DNA from: a virus
Taxonomy: Duplodnaviria > Caudoviricetes
IMG/VR virus record: IMGVR_UViG_3300013936_000011
Location: 64,001-128,000 of that record
Reading direction: 5' to 3' (one strand)
DNA length: 64,000 bases
Notes under the pieces: model-generated
The model's database searches: none
What the model saw: only the letters and a program-made list of their open reading frames with translations
Told to the model about the DNA's origin: nothing
Shown: piece after piece, positions 31,228 through 42,800 of the stretch
Layout: every line of letters begins with the position of its first letter
Numbering within the stretch: position 1 is the first letter of the stretch
Program-made: the position numbers and the translations under genes

Positions 31228-33632
31228 TGAGTACATCATGCAAATTGACGGTAACAGAAACTAGCGTCGACCAAGCGAATAATAAGAGTACTATATCAGT
31301 AAAGCTTACTGCAACAACTACTGGACAATCGCACAATAATTATACATCAGGATCCTATTTCCCTAAAGGCACTATCACTGTAAATGGTACTTCGTATAGC
31401 ATAGGACGTACATTGCCATATAACTCTACTGTTACTTTATATAATAAATCTCACACTATAACACATAACTCTGACGGGAGTAAGAGCGTAACTGTTAAAT
31501 ATAGTTTCAATACACATATATATGATGGAACATTAACAGGCAGTAAGACTTTAAAACTAACAGATATATCGATAGATAAAAAATCGACACCAACTGCTAG
31601 CTCAAGTAGTGTTTATATTGGCAGTTCTATAACTATAGATATGAATCCATATATGAGTTCATACACTCATTCAATAAGCTATAAATTTAATGGTGGCACT
31701 ACAAATATGACTAGTGGACTTAGTGCAACAAGTGGAATTAAGGACTCATGTACATTCACACCTCCATCAAGTTTATTGAATTATATGGACCCGGATTCTA
31801 CATCAGCTAATGCAGTGTTTACTGTAAATACTTATAAATCTAGTGGAACATTAATTGGTTCAAGTACATTTACGGTTGCAGTTAAAACATCTGCTACTTC
31901 TTATCCTCCTGTTATGGGAAGCATTTCTGCTTCTGTATATAATAATGGTTCACCGTTTAGTAATATATATGTTAAAAATTATAATGGCGTTAAATTATCT
32001 TTTAGCGCCACTGCTCAGCAAAATGCTGGTATTGTTTCTTATAAAATAACAGGTGGTGGAGTCAATACCACAGTTACTAGCAATACATATACAATACCTA
32101 AATTAATATCATCAGGTAGCATAACTTATACTGTTACTGCTACTGATACTAGAGGTGCTACTTGTTCTGGTAGCGTTAAAATAACAGTTAATACATATTC
32201 TCCTCCTTCTATAAATAACGTAACTACTGTACGTTGCGACCAAAATGGCACTCCGGCGGATGACGGAAAATATATTAAAGCAGATGTATCTGCTACGTAC
32301 AGCAATATAGGAAACAATCAAAGTGGTTCTATAATAGTCAAAATACAATATGCATCAAACGGTGGAAGCTATAATTCAGGAAATAATTTAACTGTTAGTA
32401 AAAGTTCTGGTACTGCTATGGCTACAGGAATAATTGGCGGAAGTCTTAGCGATGGATCTTATAATGTTTTATACACTATAACTGATGCATATAATAAACA
32501 AACAACTTATGAAGATATACTAAGTACTATGTTCTATGTTCTAGATATAAATTCTGGCGGAACAAGTGTTGGTATAGGTGCAGCAGCTAGTGATGCTAAT
32601 CACGTATTAACTATAGGGATGGAGCAGATAGTTTTCCCTAATACTACTTCTTTAGATTTAGGTGTTAGTGGACTCGATTTTGCTTCTGATACATTCCAAA
32701 TAACAAGTAAAGACACTACATTAAATAACACTTCTTTAGCATTAAACAATACTTCTTTAACGTTAAAGAATAAAAACACAACTTTAAATAGCACTGTCAG
32801 CATGACATTAGATGCAACTACTTTGAATTTAGATTCTACTGCTATGAATATAAATTCAACTAGTGTAACTTCAAGTGCTGAATTTTTAGAATATACGAAA
32901 TCTTTGACTATAACTTCAAGCGGTATAACTATAAATAATAATGGCATTAATGATATACAGTTTAATTCTGATTATGTACGTATAAAAGAAGGCGCAACGT
33001 TAGCTGCAGTTGGTTGGGCAAGTAGCGGATCTACTTCAACTAATAGTTTTAATTTAGGACGTATATATTGCGAAAGCGGAATTGATATGCCAAATAATAT
33101 AGCTTACAGATGTATCAATAGTACAGATGCAATACTGCCTTGTATGTTTATAAACGCTTCTAATTATTGTTTCTTAAGTCATAACGATTTAACTGGTACA
33201 GTTTTGCGTGGCAAGACTGTTAAGTTATCAAGTGCTTCAGGTACTACCGTAACTTCAGACGAAAGGGTTAAGAAGGATTTCAAAACACTTGAAGGATATG
33301 AAGATTTCTTTATGAGTTTAAAGCCTATAGCATATAAATATCTGACAGGAACTAGTGACAGATATCATGTAGGATTTAAAGCACAAGACGTTAAAAGTTC
33401 ATTAGAAAATAATAAGCTTACTACTCAAGACTTTGGAGGTTATGTTGAGACAGATCCTGATACAGATTTTTATATGGAAACTTTAGGATATGATCCATTT
33501 GATGGAGGTAAAATGTGCGCATTATCTTATGAAGAGTTTGTAGGTTTGGCTGTATATATGATTCAAAAACAACATGACCAAATTGAAGAATTAAAAGATC
33601 GTGTTGCAGTATTAGAAAGAGGTGATAACTAA
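31227..33632 (+). CDS. DUF859-like minor tail/receptor-binding protein with C-terminal peptidase S74 intramolecular chaperone
   Basis: SVDQANNKSTI...HNSDGSKSV...TLKLTDI, VTATDTRG, YSPPSI....VRC..NG...DDG.YI (DUF859 pattern); SDERVKKD...LKPIAYKY...HVGFKAQDV...LSYEEFV....IQ plus coiled coil from 33255. TAATG stop/start overlap. Confidence 0.85.
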   Translation: MSTSCKLTVTETSVDQANNKSTISVKLTATTTGQSHNNYTSGSYFPKGTITVNGTSYSIGRTLPYNSTVTLYNKSHTITHNSDGSKSVTVKYSFNTHIYDGTLTGSKTLKLTDISIDKKSTPTASSSSVYIGSSITIDMNPYMSSYTHSISYKFNGGTTNMTSGLSATSGIKDSCTFTPPSSLLNYMDPDSTSANAVFTVNTYKSSGTLIGSSTFTVAVKTSATSYPPVMGSISASVYNNGSPFSNIYVKNYNGVKLSFSATAQQNAGIVSYKITGGGVNTTVTSNTYTIPKLISSGSITYTVTATDTRGATCSGSVKITVNTYSPPSINNVTTVRCDQNGTPADDGKYIKADVSATYSNIGNNQSGSIIVKIQYASNGGSYNSGNNLTVSKSSGTAMATGIIGGSLSDGSYNVLYTITDAYNKQTTYEDILSTMFYVLDINSGGTSVGIGAAASDANHVLTIGMEQIVFPNTTSLDLGVSGLDFASDTFQITSKDTTLNNTSLALNNTSLTLKNKNTTLNSTVSMTLDATTLNLDSTAMNINSTSVTSSAEFLEYTKSLTITSSGITINNNGINDIQFNSDYVRIKEGATLAAVGWASSGSTSTNSFNLGRIYCESGIDMPNNIAYRCINSTDAILPCMFINASNYCFLSHNDLTGTVLRGKTVKLSSASGTTVTSDERVKKDFKTLEGYEDFFMSLKPIAYKYLTGTSDRYHVGFKAQDVKSSLENNKLTTQDFGGYVETDPDTDFYMETLGYDPFDGGKMCALSYEEFVGLAVYMIQKQHDQIEELKDRVAVLERGDN

Positions 33633-34186
33633 TGACTGAGTATACTCTATCAGATTTTAAAAATCTTAATTTCGTCGACGGCAACATATTAAATGCTTAT
33701 GAGATGAATATTTTAAAACAATTCGTTTCTACTGCATATCAAGCAACTCTTACTCAATTAGCTGTCAATAACATTCATGTTGGACCAGAACCACCTACTC
33801 AAGAACAGTACGGTGAAAACTATAAAAACATGTTATGGATTGATACTAATGATAATGCTGATGCTGGTATTGACGATTCTACAATGGGAATTATATCTGA
33901 TTTAACAGATACAGTACAAAACCTAAGTAAACAACTAGAAGAGTTACAAAGACAACTTGCATTGATAATTGCAGGTGGTGGAGGCACAGGACCTATCAGC
34001 AAGCTCAATGATTGTCTTGAATTGGAAGACGGAAGTTTATTCACGCTTGAAGATGGTAGCTTCTTGAAACTTGAATTTGCCTCTAAACCTGATGACGATA
34101 AAGATTTATCTTTTGAAGGTTGCGGTTTAGCTTTAGAAGATGGATCAATAATGATTACAGAAGATGGTTATATTTTATTGCTTTAA
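33632..34186 (+). CDS. Putative fibre adaptor protein (coiled coil, C-terminal EDG repeats)
   Basis: N-terminal FVDGNILNAYEMN, LWIDT motif, coiled coil, Gly linker, four LEDG/TEDG repeats; TAATG overlap with the upstream gene. Confidence 0.55.
   Translation: MTEYTLSDFKNLNFVDGNILNAYEMNILKQFVSTAYQATLTQLAVNNIHVGPEPPTQEQYGENYKNMLWIDTNDNADAGIDDSTMGIISDLTDTVQNLSKQLEELQRQLALIIAGGGGTGPISKLNDCLELEDGSLFTLEDGSFLKLEFASKPDDDKDLSFEGCGLALEDGSIMITEDGYILLL
34016..34183 (+). repeat. (L/I)x(L/T)EDG peptide repeats
   Basis: LELEDGSLFTLEDGSFLKLE ... LALEDGSIMITEDGYILLL: two blocks of two EDG turns. Confidence 0.85.
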
Positions 34187-34212
34187 TCATTATTTTAAAT
34201 GCTAAAGGACAA

Positions 34213-34227
34213 GTAATATTTTTAAGA
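34213..34227 (+). promoter_or_regulatory. Candidate late promoter element GTAATA
   Basis: GTAATA TTTTT AAGA in a 55-nt gap, 29 nt before ATG 34242. Confidence 0.45.
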
Positions 34228-34241
34228 ATGGAGGCGATATA

Positions 34242-36797
34242 ATGGCAACTGAAACTAAAAAATTAAGTGCGTTAACAGAAGTAATTACTGTTAATGATAA
34301 TGACTATTTGCTTATCGTACAAAACGGTGATAGCAAAAAAGTACAAGCTAGTAAGCTACAAGGTGCCAAGAATTTAAGCGAAAAATATGTTGATTTAGTA
34401 TCAACTGATAATACTGATAAGAAATTTAGAATGATATTAAGAGACGATGGTGAACCTATCGTTTATCCAATGGAAGTATTTACTGCTGAAGGTTGGAAAC
34501 AAGGTGACAATTTAAACGTGCCTTTTAAAACTGCAGCTGGCTCAGGTATGGCAAAAGTAGCAACTGCTGATATAGAAACTTTATTTATAAATCAAATGTA
34601 TGGTGGAGGTACAGGTACTGCAGGTACTGTAGAAACTTCTGTTAGCCATAGCTTTGTTGAATTATACAATAATAGTGAAGTAGACATAAATCTTAAAGGA
34701 TTATATTTAAACTATAAAGCTAAATCAGGTACATGGCAATCATTACCTTTAAGAGGTATAATACCAGCTCACTGTTCTTTCTTAGTAAGAGGCGGAGCTC
34801 ATTATAATATAAATAGCGACTTAGTAAGACTTAAAATAAAAGATTATGATCAAAGCTGGGATATACAATTTTCTGATGAAGGTTTTTCTATGTATCTATC
34901 AATAGGAGAATGCGCTGAAGAAACTCCTGTTAAATTCACTAAAAGTAGTACAGATAATAAAATAATATCAGCTAATCAACAATGGGTTGATGTAATAGGA
35001 GCTGGCGGGTTAACTAGTGAACAAACAGTCCCTCTATATGATGGAGAACAGTTTATTATGGGTATGAGTAGAAATACTGCTGTACGTAGAAAAACATTTT
35101 TTAATAATAGTACTAGTTTATCTAATTGCGAAATAATTGATTACAAAACATGTAACGTTGATGCGTACAGACCTAGATGTACAAGAGATGGAGTCTGGAA
35201 AGAAAATGTAAGTGAAACACAAATAAAAAGCGATATACCTAATATAGTAAATATGAGTTTTGGTAAAGATGAATTTACTAGAACATTTACTTGGCAATCA
35301 ACAGATTTCGATAAAGGCTTTTTAAAATATAAAAAAGAAGGAGACAAAGAATGGACTAAAGTAGAAGCTGAATCTGATGTTATAAGCCAATATGACAAAC
35401 AAGTGCAAGTTCATCATGTTATAATAAGAAACTTAACTCCTGGTACTTATTATTACAAAGTAGGTACTACAGGATACTACAGTGATGAAGAAGCATTCGA
35501 CGTTAAAGATTATTCTACAGATGGTTTTAAATTTTTATGGACTACAGACCAACAAGGATGGAATGGATTCGAATATGATATGTGGGACGAAGCATTTAAA
35601 GGTATTAAATACTATGAATATACTGATGGTGTTCCTAACTTTGATTTTCATATGAATACAGGAGATATGTCACAAAATGGTAACAGATATTTTGAATGGA
35701 AATACTATTTTGATTATGCTGACGATACTGTTAAGAATATGCCTCATGTATGTACTATAGGAAACAATGACCTTGTTGAAAAGAAATACGGTTATGTATT
35801 TGATTACTATAATACATTAGATGATGCTCCAAGATTAGCAGATGTGAGTCCATACGATAAATTTGCTACAACTGGATATGGTTCTCCAGCTGAAGAAAGA
35901 AATGAAAAGATGGTATCAACTTGCAGCTATACTCTTGGTGGATTCTGTCACTTCATAAATCTTAATTCTAATACTGAATATATGTATGAAGGATTAAATA
36001 CAGATCAATTCTTAACTAAAGAATGCGCATTCCTAGAAAAAGACTTACAAGAAGTAGCAGCTAAGCGTGCTAGTGGAGAAATAAAATGGGTTATAATCTA
36101 TATGCATCTTTCTCCTATGACAATAGTTAGAACAAAGAGATTACAAAGATTCATACCTATAATTGAAAAGTATAAAGTAGATCTTGTTTTATGCGGACAT
36201 AACCATACTTATTCTAGAAGTATACCTGTATATAGCGGATATATGGGAGACATAGCATATGATGGTAAAGGTAAATACACTACATCTCCTTATAACGATT
36301 ATGTAACTAAAGTATCAACAGGTTCAAGTGAGTTATTATTAGTAGACGAAACTCAAAGCGATGGTTCTGATATTAATAGAAAACCTGATAAAGTTAATGG
36401 TACACATTATATTATGCTTCAAGCTGCTGGATATAAACTTAGCGGTAAAGAAAAAGCAATAATATTCTCTGAAAGTCAAATAGATGCTAAACACATGTCA
36501 CGTAATTGGGAAGAAGATCCTAACGGTGCTACTACAGTACTTAGACCATGGTGGTATAGCTATGCAGGTAAATTACCTGTTCAACCTACATATGCAATGC
36601 TTAATGTTACTCCAGAACAAATAGAATATACTGGTTATTATTTTACAGACTTATCTGTTAAGGATCCAGACACAGGACTTGTTATACAACCTAAGTTTGA
36701 TTCTACTAAAAACGGTAGAGCTCAATTCGATCATCTTGTTATCACATATGCAGAAAGACATCCTAGCGAAACTGAATCTGATAACACTACAGAATAG
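34242..36797 (+). CDS. Lamin-tail-domain + FN3 + calcineurin-like metallophosphoesterase (purple acid phosphatase-like), with fibre-type N-terminus
   Basis: LTD: FINQMYGGG...FVELYN.....INLKG..L.Y...IPAH..FLV; PAP N-terminal FN3: RTFTWQS...HHVIIRNLTPGTYYYKVG; MPE motifs TDQQ, NTGD, GNND, MHLSP, GHNHTYSRS. Confidence 0.85.
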   Translation: MATETKKLSALTEVITVNDNDYLLIVQNGDSKKVQASKLQGAKNLSEKYVDLVSTDNTDKKFRMILRDDGEPIVYPMEVFTAEGWKQGDNLNVPFKTAAGSGMAKVATADIETLFINQMYGGGTGTAGTVETSVSHSFVELYNNSEVDINLKGLYLNYKAKSGTWQSLPLRGIIPAHCSFLVRGGAHYNINSDLVRLKIKDYDQSWDIQFSDEGFSMYLSIGECAEETPVKFTKSSTDNKIISANQQWVDVIGAGGLTSEQTVPLYDGEQFIMGMSRNTAVRRKTFFNNSTSLSNCEIIDYKTCNVDAYRPRCTRDGVWKENVSETQIKSDIPNIVNMSFGKDEFTRTFTWQSTDFDKGFLKYKKEGDKEWTKVEAESDVISQYDKQVQVHHVIIRNLTPGTYYYKVGTTGYYSDEEAFDVKDYSTDGFKFLWTTDQQGWNGFEYDMWDEAFKGIKYYEYTDGVPNFDFHMNTGDMSQNGNRYFEWKYYFDYADDTVKNMPHVCTIGNNDLVEKKYGYVFDYYNTLDDAPRLADVSPYDKFATTGYGSPAEERNEKMVSTCSYTLGGFCHFINLNSNTEYMYEGLNTDQFLTKECAFLEKDLQEVAAKRASGEIKWVIIYMHLSPMTIVRTKRLQRFIPIIEKYKVDLVLCGHNHTYSRSIPVYSGYMGDIAYDGKGKYTTSPYNDYVTKVSTGSSELLLVDETQSDGSDINRKPDKVNGTHYIMLQAAGYKLSGKEKAIIFSESQIDAKHMSRNWEEDPNGATTVLRPWWYSYAGKLPVQPTYAMLNVTPEQIEYTGYYFTDLSVKDPDTGLVIQPKFDSTKNGRAQFDHLVITYAERHPSETESDNTTE

Positions 36798-36808
36798 GAG
36801 TGATGTAA

Positions 36809-39800
36809 ATGTCTATTAAATACCATAACGACAAGACTGGCAAATGGGAAATCATCGCTTCTAACAAAGCTTCTGATATAGCGATTAATGATAATGAAAG
36901 TAATTTTGATTCTAATAATGTAGAAGGAGCTTTAAAGGAAGTTGGTGGATTAGCAAAAGCCAATAATATAAAATTAAGTGAAATAGACGGAAGAGTACAA
37001 TACATAGAAGAACATGGAACTACAGGGGGCGGCGGTAGCGGAGGCGGCGCCCTTCCTACTATAACTTCAGAATATAGTGCTACTATAATAGATGCCAATG
37101 AAGAACAAATAATAAAAATATTCTTTTCTTCTCCTAATCTAGGAAGCGGTACTTGTTATATAGTATGTAATGATATAGAATTATTAACCGTTCCAGTTGA
37201 CCAAGGATATAATAATATAACTATACCAGCTCTTGGTAGCGGTACATTTAAATTATCTTTATATGTAAAAGACAGAGCTGGATTATTATCTAATACTTTA
37301 AACTGGAATTTAACAGCAGGTGGATTAACTGCTACTTTAACTATGAATACTAGTCTAGACTATTCAATTACTGATAGAATTCTTATGACTTATAATGTTG
37401 AATATTCATTAGATGATGAGATAACAATGTATTTAACAGTTGATTATGATGATTATACAGTCATTTGTTCTAAAGGATATAACAGTTATAATTTGACAGG
37501 CCTAGGAGTTGGGATACATAAAGTATCATTCTATCTTAAAGCTGGACCATATTCTACAAAAACTCAAACATTTAATGTTGTAGTAGTTAATACAGAAGAC
37601 TTATATGTATCTTCTACTACTGATTCAAAATTAAGTATGGAAGAGGGAGATCCATTATCTATTAACTATCGTATATCTAAAAAGAGTGCTGAATATTTTG
37701 ATGTACAGATTACTGTAGACGATAAATTAGTATCACAAAGACAAAGTATAGTTGGTAACTATTATTATAACAATAATACATTGCCAATAGGTACCCATGT
37801 AATTAAGATATCTGTCACTTCAGAAAGTGGCGAATCTTCAGAACTTGTATTTAATGTTGAAATAACTGCAGGTTCTTATATTAGAAAACAAATAGTTACT
37901 GGTGGGCTAATTGCTAACTGGGATGCTACAGGTTTATCTAATCAAGATGCTAATAAAACTAAATGGGTAGATAAAGTAAGTGGTATAGAAGGTGAATTAT
38001 ACAACTTTAACTATTCATCTAATGGATGGATAACTGATAATGATACTAACGAAACATATCTAGCATGCAATGGTAACACGTACGTTAAAATACCATATGC
38101 TCCTTTTGCAAATAATGTTACAACAGGATTTACTATAGATATATTATTTAGAACTAGAGACGTCGGAGATATAGATGCTCGTGTTCTTGATATAACAGAC
38201 ACACTTGCTCCTTACAAAGGAGTTTATATAGATACACAAAATGCTCATTTAATATCTGCTATTCATGATATTAATTCAGCTGTTGGTGATGACGAATGGA
38301 CACGTGTAACGTATGTAATAGATAGACTTAATAAGTTTGGTAAAATATATATCAATGCAATATTAAGTTCAGCATTTTATTTAACAGATGATTCTAGTGG
38401 TAGTTCTATTAGATATGAAGATTTTATGCATAATGAGTATATCTATTTAAATAGTTTTAAAGGTACAGGACACTATGGTTCTTGTGAGATAAGATGTTTA
38501 AGACTATACGAAAGAGAACTTAATGATGAAGAAGTACTACAAAATCATATAGCCGATATAGTAAATACAGCTGAACAAAAAGCAAAATATGATTTCAACT
38601 ATAATAACAATGGCATTCCTAAGATGTATTTCTGGGGAGATACTACTGAAATGTCATTAACACAAAAGAAAACTATGCGTATAAAATACGTATCTCCTAA
38701 TAATGAAGAATACGGCGAAAGCTTTGATTATCCTTATTGCAAAGTATACTGGCAAGGTACATCTTCACTTACTTATGTAAGAAAGAATTATAATATAGAA
38801 TTGTTTGATGAAGACCAGAGAGCAATAAAATATACTCCTTTTAAAACTGGTAAAGCAGAAAATGTTCTATGTTTAAAAGTTAACTACATGGAAAGTTCAA
38901 ACGTAAATAACGTAGGACTTGCTGAGTTTGCTAATAACGGATTATATTCTAAGAAGAATCCTGCACAAGAATTGGATCCAGATGTGAGACAAACTATAAC
39001 AGGTTTCCCTATCTTAGTATATATCAATGATGAATGTATGGGACTATATGATTTCAACTTAGATAGATATAGTACTAACTCATTCGGATATGACCTAATC
39101 GATGAAACATTAGCATATGAAGTTTCAGCTAATACAGATGCTACAGCTGGTGCATTTAATAAATGGACTTCTGCTAGTGGACAAGGTAAAATAGATTATT
39201 ATGCTTCAGACTTTGAAGTAATTTATCCACCTTCTAAGATGAATGGTAATGATGATTATGCAGATTTAATAACTTTAATAGAATTTGTTAGTGATGCAGA
39301 TGATGAGTATTTTAAAGCTAAGTTTGATGAATTCTTTGACAGGGAATCTGTATTTAGATATTTATTATTTGTATTAGTATTTGGTATGGTCGATTCACTT
39401 GGTAAGAACATGAAGCTCGTTACTTTCGATAGAAAGAAATGGTACATACAATTATACGACTTAGATACAGCTATGGGTCTTGACAATACTGGTGCTTTAA
39501 CATTTGATGTTGATATAGAAATAGAAAAAGGTACATTCAATACTTCTACATCTCAATTATGGACTAAAATATTAAGAGTATTTGAAGCAGAATTAAAACA
39601 AGAATATGCTAGTATGAGAAACGAACAGTTCACTCTTAAAAACATAATGCATTATATATATGATGAACAAATGTCTAAGATACCTGAAGTTTATTATAAT
39701 GAAGCTGCACAAGTTAGATATTTAGACTTTGGCGGTAAATTCTTATATGCATTACACGGTAGTAGAGAATATCAAATCAAAAGATGGATTAGAGAAAGAT

Positions 39801-42800
39801 TATTATATGTAGATACATTATTAGGTTACGATGCTTCTACAGCTGACTATATTACTGTCAGAGGAGATATGGATGGTTTTGTACATCTTGATATACAAAC
39901 TTATTCTCCTATGTATTTAACAGTTAAATGGAGAGATCAAGCCAATAATTCAGGTAGCCAAATACTTAAGATTAAACGTGGAGAGACTATAAGATTTGAA
40001 AAAGAACTTCATGCAACAGACCAAGAAATTCTTATATATGGTGGTCAACACTTAAAGAGTATTGGTGACGTATCCAATACAAGCCCTAAACATTTATTAT
40101 TATCAGCGGCACCTAATCTTATAGATTTACGATGTACTGCAGATACCTTATTCAACGTTTCACTTAGTACTTGTAAAATGATGCAAACAGTAGATTTGCA
40201 TGATTGTAGTAGACTTGGTGTAGACGCAAGTAATGCTGTTCTTGATTTATCTGGTTGTGAAAACTTAAGAACTGTAGATATACGTGGTACTAAAATCACA
40301 TCAGTAACTACTTCAATTAAAGGTGGTAACTTAGAGTCTATTTATTATCCTTATTCTATACAAGCTATAGAATTGTATAATCAAACTAATCTATTAACTC
40401 TTTCATTGCCTACAAGCGTAGTTTTTAATGAAAGACCTGATCATGAATTAAATAAACTACCTTCTAAACTGTCTACATTTATAATTAATAATTGTCCTAA
40501 CTTAAAGACAATACGACATGAAGAAAGCGAATATGAATACTATAAAGACAATATGTTCTTGCCTTTATTCTATGCCAATAATATAGAAATAACAAATTCA
40601 TTTAATAATCTTGATACATTTGATTTCTCATATTGTATGAATCTAAAGAGCTTAAAATTAAGCAATCTGGATGGATTAAAGACATTAAGATTAAATAATT
40701 TAGTTTATAATGATAGTTCATATAGTAAACTATCTGAAGTTGATTTCTCTAAACTAGATAATCTAGAAACATTAGAAATGAAAGTAACAGATGAATCTAT
40801 AGGAGAATATACAGCTAAGCCTGCATTTGCTCAAAACACAACTTTAGATTTAAGTAAATGTACTAATTTAAAAAATATATTATGTAATTATGCTATACAT
40901 GGTTTATCAGAATTAAGACTTCCTACTAGCATAGACAAGCTAGTATTTGATAATACTTTTGATAAAACATATTCAGATATCAATAAGATTTACATATCTA
41001 GTACAGTAGGAGCTACGAATACTATTGATTTATTTGGTTCTAAATTACATGAGTTTAATATAAAAACTATAAATAAAATAAAAGCAATAACTAATCTTTA
41101 TCTATATGCTTATCATAAAGAAGATGTAGACGTAAATAAATACAGAGACAATATAGAAATACCAAATGCAACAGTACAAGGTGTATATGATTTTACGAAT
41201 TATGCAGATTCTGATTTCTCTAATTTATTTAAAGATAAGGATTTGACTAATATAAAATTAGTTAGTTCAGAATATTTACCATTAGTAGTTAATCTTGAAA
41301 GCTGTTTTGAAAGATCTACTGTAAGTTCAGATACAGGACTTGCTACTTTTTTTACTAAGCTTACTGGCGTTACAAATATTAAGAACTTATTTAAGAATTC
41401 TGTAGGATTAACTAATGGTGTATCAATGGATACTAGTAAAGTAATTAATGCATATGGAGCATATTACGGATGTAGCGACTTAGTATCTGTTCCAGAATAT
41501 AATCTAGAAAGTGCTATCGACATATCATACATGTTCTATAAATGCTCATCTTTAGCCGATATATTCACATTCAATGTTCCTAAATGTATATCTGCTAATT
41601 ATACATTCTATGATTGTAAGAGTTTAGTCGAATTAATGTTTAGCTCAGATAATAAAATATCTTCTGCTACACATATGTGTGATAATTGTTCTAGTCTTGA
41701 AAGAGTTACATTGTTTAATACAGCTACATTAGCTTATATGTCTTATATGTTCTATCAATGTAAAATGCTTAGTGCTTATCCTGATATAGATACTACTGCA
41801 TTAAAAGATGTTAACTATACATTCTATAACTGTATCGCTATGCAAGGTACACCTGATGGTACAGGTTTATGGAATAACAGTAATATCAAAAACTATTCAT
41901 TATGTTTTGCAGGATGTATAAACTTAACTAACTTCTATACAGAAATACCTGTTGAATGGGGTGGAGGTATGGAAGAAATAGGTGTTAACGACCTTGAATT
42001 CTCTATTATACCTACTACAAATCAAACAGATGTTATAGGAGATTACTTACCAACATTCTACTCTACATATAATCATAATATGGTTAATCAATGTTCTAGT
42101 GCATGGACAGAACATGTTGCTAAAACATCTATTAAATTAAAAGAACCTATAGCAGTAACTGCTGGTGAAACATATAATTTAACTCAAACAACTTACGGAA
42201 CTATAAGAGTAGTTGCTTGTGACGCTAGCGGAAATATAAGAACAGATATTGTTAGAAACTCATATTTCCAAAATAAAGAGTTTACGGTACCAGCTGGAGT
42301 AGATTATATAAACGTAATTTACAGCTCATATGGCGATAAGTATATAGCAAGAACTGCTAACTTAAGTATACTTAAAAAGGATGCACAAAATGTAGAAAGC
42401 GGATATACGAATATAATAATAACTAAGACAGACGGTACAATAACAGAAAGTCTAAAGACTACAATTAATGAAGTATCTAAAGTGTATATTAAGTTTAATT
42501 CAGATACTACTTATATAAGCTTTAGAAACCACGACTTCTTACAATCTGTATCTTCTATAGATTTAAGTAATTGTCCAGTATGTGACTATATGTTCTTAAA
42601 CTGTCCTAATTTAGTTAGCGTAGGTAGCTTAACTACTGAAGGCGTATTAAGCATGGATAGTATGTTCTATGGTTGTACAAAACTATCTGAAATATCTTCA
42701 ATAGATTTATCAACTTGTATTAACATATCTAGAATGTTCTACGGCTGTACTAAATTAACAGATTTATCTTCTATAGATTTAAGTAAGATATTATACATAG

